DNA of 63,770 nt, filler included, from Armatimonadota bacterium (GTDB lineage Bacteria > Armatimonadota > Fimbriimonadia > Fimbriimonadales > Fimbriimonadaceae): the NCBI GenBank assembly GCA_031400935.1. It is 11 parts of 11 records of this genome, joined end to end, with 100 filler letters (N's around TTAATTAATTAA, not from the genome) between each part and the next. Parts side by side here need not be neighbours in the genome. Positions count along the whole stretch, not along the records: positions 37,428 to 53,167 come from JANNQV010000010.1; positions 53,268 to 58,372 come from JANNQV010000011.1; 9 more parts are not named here. The stretch is one strand, 5' to 3'. The notes beneath the pieces were generated by a model. It made no database searches. It saw only the letters and a list, made by a program, of their open reading frames with translations, and was not told the origin of the DNA. Shown here piece by piece: positions 48,057-58,014 of this stretch (positions are counted from its first letter, which is position 1; each line of letters opens with the position of its first letter). The translations under genes and the position numbers were made by a program.

Positions 48057-50156
48057 TTACTCGGCCATCAACGACGTTATTTCAGAAACCTGATATCTCG
48101 GTGTTCCTTTTCCAAGCCGAAGCAACAACTCGTTGAAAACCCGCCATGCCGACCTTGCATCTCCCAGCGCCGGAACAACTTGATCAATTGCTTGAACAGT
48201 CCCCACGCAATTTGTCCACGAACCCGATTCCTCTGCTGGAGCTGCCATCGGAAGAACCACGCTTGCATAAGCCAAACATTCGGATTCAGAAATGCCTTGA
48301 ACTACCAAAAACTCAACATTTTCAAGTGCGCTTTCCACTAATGCATGATCCAAACCGACTTCAAATGGGTCAACACCGGCTAGCCAAAGCGCCTTTACTT
48401 TTCCAGCGGCGCAGGCATTGAGGATTTCAAGGGTGTTCATTCCGCCACTTTCAATTTTCTTGCCCAAAGGCATAGTGTCTGGCAAAACTCCCCAATCCAA
48501 TGCGCCTTGCTCATTGGCTCCGGTTGCCATGAGGTTGAATTCCGATCCAAAGTTTGCAAGAGCCTCGACGGTTTCCTGAACGTTTTCGGAATTGTATATG
48601 CTTCGTGAAAGAATCAATGCTGAATTTTCATCAATCAGTATAGCCGCTTCTGAAATCAAGTTTGAAGCTATCCCAGTTTCAGTTTCAACCCGTTTCAAAT
48701 CAAAGGATTTCAGGCGATCTTCAACTTGCTTGTCAACTTTTGCTCGACCGGATCGAACCATTTCTGCTAGAAGGCCATTTGCGAGTATTGAATCAGTCCC
48801 AGACTTGTAACGAAGAATCACCTTGGCAAAAGTGTCGGCATCTGTAGGTTCAGATGATGCGATAATTACGTTCGTTCCGTTTTGGAACCAGGCTTTTCGG
48901 ACTCTCAAGAAAACGATTGGGAGTTCGTCAACCAGCGAAGTTCCAAACACGACAATCGTTGACTTGGATTCTAGGTCGGGCAGTTTGGTTTCGACTTCTC
49001 GGAATGGAACAGGCAAGCCATCTAACGCGTGAGGACCTTTCTTCAATGAGATCCGTTGATCTCGTGTTGGCAGAGTTGCCGCATATCGAGAATCCAAATT
49101 GTTGGATCCAAAACCCTCTCGAAACAACTTTTGAAGCAAGAAATAGCTCTCGTTCGACATCTCGTGCCCGGCAAGCGCGGCAACTTTTACCCCGCCTCCG
49201 GAGAAGTTTTCAAGAATTGGGTCAATGACCTCGCTCCACTTGCAACCAACCAGCTTGTCGCCATGCCTCAAAAACGGGGAACTGAGCCTTGTTTCGTTGT
49301 TGTAACTCGGCTCAAGTCCGAATTTGCCCTTATCGCAAGTCCATTCTTCGTTGATATCCTCGTTGGTTCTTGCGTTGACTCGAACCAGTTTGCCGACGCG
49401 ATAATCGAACCAGATGTTGCATCCGTTCGAGCATCCAGTGCAGATCGAGGCCTTGGTTTCGATGTCCCACGGACGAGCGCGGAACCTGTATTTAGCGTTC
49501 GTTAAAGCTCCTACGGGGCAGATTTCGATGACGTTTCCGCTGAACTTAGATTCGAAATTCTTGAGTTCAAAGGTCGAGGGCTGCATTAATGCGCCTCTGA
49601 ATCGGAAAGCTAGCTGGCTGTCGCCGGAAATCTCTTCGGTAAACCGAACGCACCTGCCGCATTGGATGCACCGTTCGAGGTCGAGCGTCACGTAATCGCT
49701 GAGCGGGAACGCCTTTGGCAAATGGCGCTTTTCTTCCGTGTAGCGAGTGTTCCCGGCTCCATAAAAAATCGTATTGTTTTGCAAAGGGCATTCGCCGCCA
49801 CGGTCGCAGATCGGGCAATCTAGCGGGTGGTTGATGAGCAAAAATTCAAGAACGCCATGACGGTCCCGATGCACCATTTCGGTATTCGTATAAACCGCCA
49901 TTCCTTCGGATGCAGGGAGGGTGCAAGCCGCTTGCGGCTTAGGCATTTTGCGGACTGTGCCGTCGGGCTGTTTGAACCCAATTTCAACAATGCACATTCG
50001 GCACATTCCCACGGGTTTTAGGCGCTGGTGATAGCAAAAAATGGGAATTTCAAGCCCAAGCCGCTTAACTGCCTCGACAATCAGCTCCCCTTTGGGGACT
50101 TGTATGTCTTGGTCGTTGATGCTGATTGTGATTGTGTCGGTTGCTACAGCTGCCAT
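48057..50156 (-). CDS. nuoG: NADH-quinone oxidoreductase subunit G
   Basis: FCYH..GMCRMC, NHPLDCPICDRGGECPLQ, RCIQCGRCVRF and CPVGAL Fe-S motifs. Confidence 0.93.
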   Translation of the reverse strand: MAAVATDTITISINDQDIQVPKGELIVEAVKRLGLEIPIFCYHQRLKPVGMCRMCIVEIGFKQPDGTVRKMPKPQAACTLPASEGMAVYTNTEMVHRDRHGVLEFLLINHPLDCPICDRGGECPLQNNTIFYGAGNTRYTEEKRHLPKAFPLSDYVTLDLERCIQCGRCVRFTEEISGDSQLAFRFRGALMQPSTFELKNFESKFSGNVIEICPVGALTNAKYRFRARPWDIETKASICTGCSNGCNIWFDYRVGKLVRVNARTNEDINEEWTCDKGKFGLEPSYNNETRLSSPFLRHGDKLVGCKWSEVIDPILENFSGGGVKVAALAGHEMSNESYFLLQKLFREGFGSNNLDSRYAATLPTRDQRISLKKGPHALDGLPVPFREVETKLPDLESKSTIVVFGTSLVDELPIVFLRVRKAWFQNGTNVIIASSEPTDADTFAKVILRYKSGTDSILANGLLAEMVRSGRAKVDKQVEDRLKSFDLKRVETETGIASNLISEAAILIDENSALILSRSIYNSENVQETVEALANFGSEFNLMATGANEQGALDWGVLPDTMPLGKKIESGGMNTLEILNACAAGKVKALWLAGVDPFEVGLDHALVESALENVEFLVVQGISESECLAYASVVLPMAAPAEESGSWTNCVGTVQAIDQVVPALGDARSAWRVFNELLLRLGKGTPRYQVSEITSLMAE

Positions 50157-50331
50157 TTCGGGTTGCTGGGAAGGTTACCCCGGTGGAGATGGCACATACA
50201 GGCAGGGCGCGCTGTCACTTGTATTGAGACTTGTAAAAGTTCAAACCCGTATTCCTACCAGCATTTCCGAACTTAATTGGCGTAAAACCTGCCTCATAAT
50301 ATAGGGAAGTCCTCAAAGAGGGTTAGGAGAA

Positions 50332-52692
50332 ATGGTTATGCGTCAATTTTTTGTTTTTGTTGGATTCAGTTTTCTGGCGGCAGCATCTCAGGCACAGGTT
50401 TGGCAGACGGCTCCTGCCCCTTTGGAAGCGCAGATCGTTCCATGGGTGCAGCAGCTTGAACAATTTGCAAGCTTTCAAGCTGACCCAGCCGCTTTAATAA
50501 CGCAACTGAAATTGGCTCCGATGGAAGGCCGAACGAATTCAAATGTCGGCTCTATTATCGAATTGCCCGCTCCCGACGGCTCTCTAAAGCGGTTCCGACT
50601 CTTTGAATCTCCCATCCAATCTCCCGCAGTCGAAAGGCAAACCGGAGTCAAAACCTACGCCGCCCAAGGCATTGACGACCCTTACGCTACTGGTAGATTT
50701 GATATCGGTATCAACGGATTCCACGGCATGGTTCTAACTCCAAATGGCGACTACTTCATCGAACCTGTGACGGTTGGCAACATGTCAAACCACATCGTGT
50801 TTTTCAAAAGGAATTACGTTCGAAACAGTTGGTTGGATTGTAAAGTTCAGGCTGCAGAAACCAAAAACCGGAGCCTTTTTGGAGGAAGAGTCATACTTCG
50901 CCCCGGACCAAATCGTATGGAATTTGACCTTGCGCTAAAGGGCACGGTTGAATACACGGCAGTATTTGGCTCAGTGGCAAGTGCAAACGCAAATTCGACA
51001 ACGGTCATGAACCGAGTGACTGGCGTTTATGAGAGGGATATTGCCATCCGAATGATCATCACAAACTTGGTGAACTATTTGACTGAACCTGACCCGTACA
51101 CAAATAATAACGGCGGAACGATGCTCGCGCAAAATCAAGCCACCTGCGACGCAAGTCCAGGCAACGCCCTCTATGACATCGGCCATGTGTTCTCAACCGG
51201 CGGCGGCGGCGTTGCTGGTCTTGGGGTCGTTGGAGTTACTGGTCAAAAAGCCAGAGGCGTAACTGGGCTTCCATCCCCAGTTGGCGATCCGTTTGCCATT
51301 GACTACGTGGCCCATGAAATTGGGCACCAATATGGTGCTAACCATACATTTAACACAACTTCCAATGGCTGTGGTGGTCAGAGATCGTCTACTCATGCCT
51401 ACGAAGTTGGAAGCGGAACGACGATCATGGCGTATGCAGGTATTTGCTCGCCAGAAAACGTGATGAACAATTCCGACGATTATTTCCACTACGACAGCCT
51501 TAATGCAATCGAGCCGATTCGAAACAACGTCGCCAGGGGCGGGACTTCGGTTGCTACAGGAAACATTTCACCGGTAGTTAATGCCGGTTCAGATTTCACA
51601 ATCCCAATGGGCACGCCATTCCGATTAACTGCTGTTGCCAGCGATGGCAACGGCGACGCATTGACCTATTGTTGGGAAGAATTCGACCTCGGAGCGGCAA
51701 CCCCGCCCATTACCGAGGCATCTAGTCCGCTCTTCCGTTCGCTGCTTCCATCAACGAGCCCAACAAGGTGGTTCCCTAAGCAAGCGACAGTTCTTGCCAA
51801 TACGAATGACCCATGGGAGCACTTGCCGTTGGCAGCGCGAGTTATGCAGTTCATGTGTACAGTTCGGGACAATCGAACTGGCGGAGGAAATTTTGCAAAT
51901 GATCAGGCAGCGGTTACTATTAGCGGCGCAGCGTTTTCGGTGACGGCTCCGAATACAGCAGTTAGCTGGACGGGAGGAACAAATCAAACCGTAACTTGGA
52001 ATGTTGGCGGAAGCGGTGGAACGGCGAACGTGCGAATATTGCTTTCAACCAACGGCGGCGCAAGCTTTTACGGCGGTGCGGCAACAGTCGTTTTGGCGAG
52101 CACCCCCAACGATGGATCACAAACGATAACGGTCCCCAACACTCCATCTACAACGTGCAGAGTCATTGTCGAAGGCGTAAGTAATGTCTTCTACGATGTT
52201 TCAAACGTTAATTTCACAATTACTTCGGGATCAACTTCTGCGAGTGTTGACCCTTCGACCTTAACCATTCTTGCCGGTTTGTATTTTGGCGGAAACCTGG
52301 CTTCATTAAATGCAGGCGATAATGACAAGTTAGTATTGCTTTGCGATGAATTCGACGCAATCGGCACATTTGAAATTACGGGCACATCGCCGTATGTTAC
52401 AAACACGCGAGTTGAACAGCTTGTCGTGACATCGGCGTCTCGAAACGATCTAACCCAGTTCACCAGAATGTGGAACTACACGACAAACGCTTATGAGCAG
52501 ATGGATGTTCGAACCTCAACAATTGCCAATGCCGGGTTCATCATCAATGTGACGACCAATCCATCAAGATTTGTTCAAACTGGAACCAGACAGATGAAGA
52601 CGCTCATGACTTGGGTTCCCCAAGCTGATGTGAGCAACATTGATGGCTGGACATCCAGCGCAGATCAATGCAGTTGGAGGGTTTGGAACTAG
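50332..52692 (+). CDS. secreted reprolysin-like (M12B) zinc metallopeptidase
   Basis: Signal peptide; HEIGHQYGANHTF and GSGTTIMAYAGIC Met-turn. Confidence 0.9.
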   Translation: MVMRQFFVFVGFSFLAAASQAQVWQTAPAPLEAQIVPWVQQLEQFASFQADPAALITQLKLAPMEGRTNSNVGSIIELPAPDGSLKRFRLFESPIQSPAVERQTGVKTYAAQGIDDPYATGRFDIGINGFHGMVLTPNGDYFIEPVTVGNMSNHIVFFKRNYVRNSWLDCKVQAAETKNRSLFGGRVILRPGPNRMEFDLALKGTVEYTAVFGSVASANANSTTVMNRVTGVYERDIAIRMIITNLVNYLTEPDPYTNNNGGTMLAQNQATCDASPGNALYDIGHVFSTGGGGVAGLGVVGVTGQKARGVTGLPSPVGDPFAIDYVAHEIGHQYGANHTFNTTSNGCGGQRSSTHAYEVGSGTTIMAYAGICSPENVMNNSDDYFHYDSLNAIEPIRNNVARGGTSVATGNISPVVNAGSDFTIPMGTPFRLTAVASDGNGDALTYCWEEFDLGAATPPITEASSPLFRSLLPSTSPTRWFPKQATVLANTNDPWEHLPLAARVMQFMCTVRDNRTGGGNFANDQAAVTISGAAFSVTAPNTAVSWTGGTNQTVTWNVGGSGGTANVRILLSTNGGASFYGGAATVVLASTPNDGSQTITVPNTPSTTCRVIVEGVSNVFYDVSNVNFTITSGSTSASVDPSTLTILAGLYFGGNLASLNAGDNDKLVLLCDEFDAIGTFEITGTSPYVTNTRVEQLVVTSASRNDLTQFTRMWNYTTNAYEQMDVRTSTIANAGFIINVTTNPSRFVQTGTRQMKTLMTWVPQADVSNIDGWTSSADQCSWRVWN

Positions 52693-52859
52693 GGCTGCCG
52701 GGATTTGCTTTCACAAAACCCTTTGTTTGTAGTTTTTGAATGAGCCGGGTTGCCCGGCTCTGCTTTAAGGGAATTCAATTTAGCTTGAACATGCTTGTCT
52801 TGTGCTAACGTTGGATTGAAAAAGCCATGCAAGCCACCGAGTAACATCGAGGGACTGTA

Positions 52860-53167
52860 ATGGTCATTTCTCTCCTTCTTGCTGTTTTCTCCGTATCGCA
52901 ATCCCAATCAATGATCTACATAATGGCAACGCCCCCGGTTCATCCCGGAAATATGCACAACTTAGGCAATCGTGCGCCGTTGGCTCCCAGGTCACTCATC
53001 AAGCTGCCAGCAGGTTCGATACGAGCAAAGGGATGGCTTCATGAGTATCTGATCAGGCAGCGTGACGGGCTTACAGGACACCTGCCCGAAATCAGCAAAT
53101 GGCTTAAGAAGGACGGCAACGCATGGCTTGCAAAGGACGGGAAGGGTACTGCCGGATGGGAAGAAGT
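52860..53167 (+). CDS. glycoside hydrolase family 127-like protein, N-terminal fragment
   Basis: LP.GSIRAKGWL...L..Q.DGLTGHL..GWEE motif. Confidence 0.7.
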
Positions 53168-53324
53168 NNNNNNNNNNNNNNNNNNNNNNNNNNNNNNNNN
53201 NNNNNNNNNNNTTAATTAATTAANNNNNNNNNNNNNNNNNNNNNNNNNNNNNNNNNNNNNNNNNNNNATCGCAATGGCAATTGCGGCAAATGCGACTACT
53301 AGCGTGAACACCTGGACGCCCGCG

Positions 53325-53546
53325 CTACCTCGGCGGTTCAATCTCTACTCCCACCTTGTTAGCAATCTTGCTCACATAGTAATCAATCTTGTGAACAGTC
53401 CGCTCTAAGTCATCGTTGCGTCTGAGCCGGAGTTCTACGGTGGTAGCCCAGCCACCTATCGAAAAGCCCCCAACAGTCATCGCCCATACCAGCCCGACAA
53501 CTAACTTTAGCTTCCTTTCCAGATAATCTTCGTGATCTATTGCCAT
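53325..53546 (-). CDS. small single-TM holin-like protein
   Basis: Protein identical to 26815-27042 from AIDHED onward. Confidence 0.6.
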   Translation of the reverse strand: MAIDHEDYLERKLKLVVGLVWAMTVGGFSIGGWATTVELRLRRNDDLERTVHKIDYYVSKIANKVGVEIEPPR

Positions 53547-54545
53547 CTATGCTATTGCCTCTGCTGATTCTAGGGCAAGACCCTTCCCAAAGAATTCAAA
53601 TTCGTAATCGCACCTACCTTCGCGCCTGAACGCATGGTCAAGTTCTTCAATGTGGTTGGTAGTGTAAACCCTAATCAGGTTATGAACCGATGTTGCGCCA
53701 TCAATAGATGAAAGCCTTGATGCTATTTTTTTGGCTTCATCTTTTGCAGAATCCTTCCTGTGTGCAAAAACCTGTTCGCATTCATCAAACAGCACTAACG
53801 AGCCTGGTTTGACTGTTGCCAACGCTCTCTCGAACGTCGAAGTATTGTCCGGTGCAATGACATACAGTTCCTTCTTCAAATGACTCGCAAGCGCAATCGC
53901 CATTGATGTTTTCCCCGTTCCAGGTTTACCATGAAGCAAGAAACTGATCTGCCAATTCTCGCCCCGTTCGGCATATTCCTGCTCCATGGTCTGCCAATCT
54001 TCGCACAACGCTACCATACGGCTAGGGACGCAATCTGGATGCTGAATCGAAGTTATTGACCTAAACGGGCGAGTGGTAACGCATTGCCAGTACCCATCCC
54101 ATGACCAAACACGAAGCCCCTCTACTTTTGATTTCTCGAATTCCTGAATCGTGGACGCTATCCATTCTAAAATAGGTCGCTTTGACTTTCTAGCGGCGGT
54201 TATTGTCAAATCTTCAATGACATTTCCGAGTGTGGTAACTTGCCTACTTGAACTTACAACAGCGTTCTTGCCGCCAACTTTCAGTACACGAGTACCGCTC
54301 CCTAGCCTCGTATTGAGTTTTGTTTTTGTCGCTGTTTGTCCAGATGCGTCAACCTCGTTAGACGAGCCAACAATTAAGCATGGTTCTTCTTCCCTGCTGC
54401 CTAATTTCCATGCAATAGCATCGTAAATCTGGCCTGTGCAGAGGATTGAAAAGGTTGCCCGGCGTTGCGCCCAACTCATCAATGTTGAAGCCTTGGATAA
54501 TGCGAAACCACTCAACGCCCCTCCAACTATTGCGTACTCAACCAT
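53547..54545 (-). CDS. Bcs1-like membrane-anchored AAA ATPase
   Basis: N-terminal hydrophobic helix, W....RP.RS..S linker, LLHGKPGTGKTS, VLFDE, IDG and TTNHIEELDHAFRREGRCD. Confidence 0.75.
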   Translation of the reverse strand: MVEYAIVGGALSGFALSKASTLMSWAQRRATFSILCTGQIYDAIAWKLGSREEEPCLIVGSSNEVDASGQTATKTKLNTRLGSGTRVLKVGGKNAVVSSSRQVTTLGNVIEDLTITAARKSKRPILEWIASTIQEFEKSKVEGLRVWSWDGYWQCVTTRPFRSITSIQHPDCVPSRMVALCEDWQTMEQEYAERGENWQISFLLHGKPGTGKTSMAIALASHLKKELYVIAPDNTSTFERALATVKPGSLVLFDECEQVFAHRKDSAKDEAKKIASRLSSIDGATSVHNLIRVYTTNHIEELDHAFRREGRCDYEFEFFGKGLALESAEAIA

Positions 54546-54999
54546 TCTTTACCTCAAAACAATTCACAGATTTCCGTTTGTTCCACGGCAAACTTCCAAC
54601 GCCATGACCGCCGTAGCTCTCCATAGTCATCCCCATATAAACCAGGAAGACGTGCCGGCCTCTCGCTCTACCGTCTTTGGAATTCAAATACCGTTGCAAC
54701 TTGTTCGGAACGATGAACGCAATGAACAATCTGCTTGCATCATCCTTGGCGTACTGCACATCCTCGTACCGTTTGAGCTTCCTGAGATTCTTCTCGCACC
54801 ATGCAAGCTGGTTCATTGACCCGTCGGGAAGCATGATATCAGCGCACCGCCGAAGCCAGTACAAAGTTGCACCAGAGCAGTCAATCGCTTTGATTGTGAC
54901 GGGCTTGAAGTTGGCAGGAGCTTTTGCCCCAAGTAAATACTTGGTCACTCGATCCATCGTGGTAAAGTCGCTCAGCAGTTTCTTGAAGTCTATTGACAT
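54538..54999 (-). CDS. NlpC/P60-like cysteine peptidase, putative endolysin
   Basis: Close paralog of 27039-27494; IDCSG and HV motifs. Confidence 0.65.
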   Translation of the reverse strand: MSIDFKKLLSDFTTMDRVTKYLLGAKAPANFKPVTIKAIDCSGATLYWLRRCADIMLPDGSMNQLAWCEKNLRKLKRYEDVQYAKDDASRLFIAFIVPNKLQRYLNSKDGRARGRHVFLVYMGMTMESYGGHGVGSLPWNKRKSVNCFEVKNG

Positions 55000-55016
55000 T
55001 TGCTTGTTAAAGACGG

Positions 55017-55229
55017 CTAGAAGACGATTCTAGACGGGGTAAGGGTTATTTGCGACAAAAGATAGGTGATCAAGAAAAAGCGCCCCAGCGTGGGAGTTGC
55101 CGGGGCTAATGAGAGGAGAATCTCTCTGTTCATGTTTGGTGTTTGGTCTGTTTGAATGTCGGCATCTAATGCGCCGCCGATAAAAGTAAATACCACGTCT
55201 GGTTCAATCGTGTCAAGCGGGTTTTTCAT
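55017..55229 (-). CDS. hypothetical phage protein
   Basis: ATGA overlap with the upstream ORF. Confidence 0.4.
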   Translation of the reverse strand: MKNPLDTIEPDVVFTFIGGALDADIQTDQTPNMNREILLSLAPATPTLGRFFLITYLLSQITLTPSRIVF

Positions 55230-55660
55230 TTTGAACCTATGGCCTTTTTATTTTGTTCCGCAAATAATGTTTTTGAGTCTTTTGCATAGGCGCAAACCAT
55301 GTCAAGAATGGTTGCCTCTTTGCGAGACGGCAGCCGTCCAAGTCTGCGTTCCATCCTGCCTGTATCGAGTTCTTCAAACCAATGCGCTTTGTTCACATAC
55401 TGGAGCATGGCAACGTTGAACAGGTACTTTCCTTGCGCTCTGAGCCAAATATCAACGCTGAGTGCTTCCTCATACGCTGAACCGTTGGGATTGAACTTGC
55501 TTGCGTTCGGTGAATCGTACACCAGTTCTAGGTCGCCATTTTCTTTCTTAACCCAGTACGTCCGGTTCTTGTGTGGAAAGCCTCCTTTGATTTTTGCTTC
55601 CATCCAGATTCCCCATATCATGAACGGCTTATGCTTGTCGTATTCTGGCGGTCGTCCCAT
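55226..55660 (-). CDS. hypothetical phage protein
   Basis: 144-aa ORF, coupled to both neighbours. Confidence 0.55.
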   Translation of the reverse strand: MGRPPEYDKHKPFMIWGIWMEAKIKGGFPHKNRTYWVKKENGDLELVYDSPNASKFNPNGSAYEEALSVDIWLRAQGKYLFNVAMLQYVNKAHWFEELDTGRMERRLGRLPSRKEATILDMVCAYAKDSKTLFAEQNKKAIGSK

Positions 55661-55863
55661 TACTTCCCAAACCTCCTTTCGATCTCGTAAGCCCTATCCG
55701 CGTCTCCAAGTCTTTTCAAGTTTTGAATGAGTGCCACGAACTTTGAGCGTACATCCCAAACCGCGTATTCTTCGATGCCCATTTGGTAAGCCGTTGAAGA
55801 TGGCGGTTCGTTCCGAAGTGCATCAATGACGATGTACTTTTTCTGTTGTGTTGAGATTGTCAT
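55660..55863 (-). CDS. hypothetical phage protein
   Basis: TAATG overlap with the downstream ORF. Confidence 0.5.
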   Translation of the reverse strand: MTISTQQKKYIVIDALRNEPPSSTAYQMGIEEYAVWDVRSKFVALIQNLKRLGDADRAYEIERRFGK

Positions 55864-55864
55864 T

Positions 55865-56059
55865 TCAGATTTTCCTTATTGTGTCCCTGCGACGTTGGTT
55901 GTCATTGTTCTTTCTGATTCGGTCGCACGGTCTGCATCTGTACGTTTTGACGGCGATTTCGTCTATATGGAACCACTTTTGGCAGATGTTGCATTGCCGG
56001 TACAGTTCCCCGCTGAAGTACCCGGTTTTCCCTTGGCCTATGAGCATGATTCCGTTCAT
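55865..56059 (-). CDS. small CxxC-CxxC zinc-finger phage protein
   Basis: CNIC and CRPC motifs. Confidence 0.55.
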   Translation of the reverse strand: MNGIMLIGQGKTGYFSGELYRQCNICQKWFHIDEIAVKTYRCRPCDRIRKNNDNQRRRDTIRKI

Positions 56060-56802
56060 GTGAACAGCCTTTCCTGTTGGACGAATTCTATTGCCAATTT
56101 TGCGCCTGGAATCAGAGTTTTAATCAGTTCATTTTGGAGTTGCTCGTCTGTCAGTTTACGGAGCCTTTTCAGAACTGGTTCCGGGATTTCTAACGAAGTT
56201 AAAGAATCGTTGTGCGGATTCTTGCCGTTTTTCCCAACGTAGGCTTCGGAGTTCTTTTCGCAAGAATCGCCAACAGAATCTGACGGTTCTTGTACAGACT
56301 TGTATTTTTCTCTTAACTCTTCCTTTCCGCTTCCCTTCCCTTTCCTATTCCTTTCCCCTTCCTTCCTTCCTTCCGGTACGAGAGGTAGACTAGTACTATA
56401 CATGTTATCGCTATGAGCATTGCGAGTACTACGCGAGTTTTTAACCCAAACTTGGCTATTATTGCGTGAAAAGTCTTTTGGAAGTGGGAATCTTGGCGGG
56501 TCATTCTTGATGTCTATGCGCTGATGTTTGCAAAACCCTAAAACAAGGCCGTATTCCTGATCTTCGACCACAAAATAATGAATAAATTTCTTTAGGTCTT
56601 GGCGGCATATAGTTTCCATTGACCGCTTCATATCCTGGTCTGGCTTGATCGCCCTTTTGAGTTGTTGGAACTTTGCTTGGAATACTCCTTGTCCATCGCA
56701 GTGCCCCCATAAACCGATGAATACAACCTTGGCTGTATCGCTCAAGGCTACTACATCATCGTCATTGAAAAAGTCTGGCTTGATCGTCCTGATTCTAGCC
56801 AT
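56056..56802 (-). CDS. phage replication initiator-like protein
   Basis: MARIRTIKPDFF..LS..A..FIGLW.HCD.QG N-terminus and EGRKEGERNRKGKG linker. Confidence 0.8.
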   Translation of the reverse strand: MARIRTIKPDFFNDDDVVALSDTAKVVFIGLWGHCDGQGVFQAKFQQLKRAIKPDQDMKRSMETICRQDLKKFIHYFVVEDQEYGLVLGFCKHQRIDIKNDPPRFPLPKDFSRNNSQVWVKNSRSTRNAHSDNMYSTSLPLVPEGRKEGERNRKGKGSGKEELREKYKSVQEPSDSVGDSCEKNSEAYVGKNGKNPHNDSLTSLEIPEPVLKRLRKLTDEQLQNELIKTLIPGAKLAIEFVQQERLFT

Positions 56803-56807
56803 CGCAG

Positions 56808-57140
56808 TTAGCCACCATCCAGGAAGTATGATATTGCCCGGTGGATATTCCAGATAGGGTCTGTGTAGGCTAGTACGCCGCGCAGGTAATCCTCTGGAAT
56901 GTCTTTCAGTAGCTTCCCGTCATGTTCGCCGTAGAACATTGTCCATTCGGCGATTCGTTCGGGCGTAAAAGGCTTTGGTTCTGGTCTTTCTTTCGGAACC
57001 TTCCCAGGCTCAACGAATTCGGGCAAGTCCTTCGCGTTGAATTTCTTGACGCTACCGAAGTGATGGCCGCAGTCCTGGCAAATCATAACTTTGGATTTGT
57101 AGGTTTTTACGGCTAATGTTTTGTGTGTGCAGTTCTTCAT
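56808..57140 (-). CDS. phage protein with zinc ribbon and DUF3820-like motif
   Basis: CQDCG; MFYGEHDGKLLKDIPEDYL. Confidence 0.55.
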   Translation of the reverse strand: MKNCTHKTLAVKTYKSKVMICQDCGHHFGSVKKFNAKDLPEFVEPGKVPKERPEPKPFTPERIAEWTMFYGEHDGKLLKDIPEDYLRGVLAYTDPIWNIHRAISYFLDGG

Positions 57141-57399
57141 ATTTACCTCAGATAAAAGGTGCCTCTGCCGCGTTATCTGTGCAAGGGTACTACGTCTTGC
57201 GGCACGGCAGAATCTTACCAAGTTTACCCAATCTATTTACCAGGTTCCCCATGTTCTTCCATAAACTCCCTAATCTCTTGAAGCAGCACCTTCCTAGTAT
57301 TCCACTTGGTTTTGGTCGGCAGGTGCTTGGTGCATTTCTCGTGCAACTTTGCCATCTCGATCTCTGCTTCTATCGCTTCAAAGTGGTGCGCTGTCAATG

Positions 57400-58014
57400 T
57401 CATAGATTCCCCCACTGAGTAGCCATTGCTTTTGCCATTCCTGGGAAGGTTTTAGATCGGTTTCGAGCGCGGTCTTTAGTGAACATTCCGCGATGCTTGT
57501 CATTGTGTTTGCCGGAATATGAACCGCTTGGACACCATGTTCGCAGCGGCTCGACAATCTCCGTGTGTTGGAGTAGCGGTAAGCCTTTGAGCCACAGTTG
57601 GGTTCTCTTTGTGAACGGATGCCCAAACTGCCAAGGCTGGATTACTTGGTCGTGTGTCGGGAGTGCAAATATCCTGCTTGGGTTCGGGTTCTCGATAGCT
57701 ACCTTCGCGCAGTCCGTCAGATAGAACGCCATGAATAGTGCCTTTGCTTCCAGTCCTTTCAAGTACCGCTCCGGGTTTAATTCCTTGCCTTTCCACAAGT
57801 GTCTAGCAGCTGCGTTTGTCAAGTACGTACACGGTGGGAACGCAATAATCATATCCCAGTTCTCTTTCAGAAGCGGGACAACATCACCTTGGATATGCCA
57901 CTCTGGATGCCCGCCAGAACACGGAAGAATATCGCAAGAGTATGCTTCATGCCCGAGCTTGCGGAACTCGATTGTTACCGCTTGGGATTCTTCGCACGCT
58001 AGTAGAACTCTCAT
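57400..58014 (-). CDS. short phage-type DNA cytosine methyltransferase-like protein
   Basis: VLLACEES, FPPCT (motif IV), IENP (motif VI), QPWQFGH..K.T.LWL and RSKTFPG.A.AMA.QW. Confidence 0.75.
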   Translation of the reverse strand: MRVLLACEESQAVTIEFRKLGHEAYSCDILPCSGGHPEWHIQGDVVPLLKENWDMIIAFPPCTYLTNAAARHLWKGKELNPERYLKGLEAKALFMAFYLTDCAKVAIENPNPSRIFALPTHDQVIQPWQFGHPFTKRTQLWLKGLPLLQHTEIVEPLRTWCPSGSYSGKHNDKHRGMFTKDRARNRSKTFPGMAKAMATQWGNL

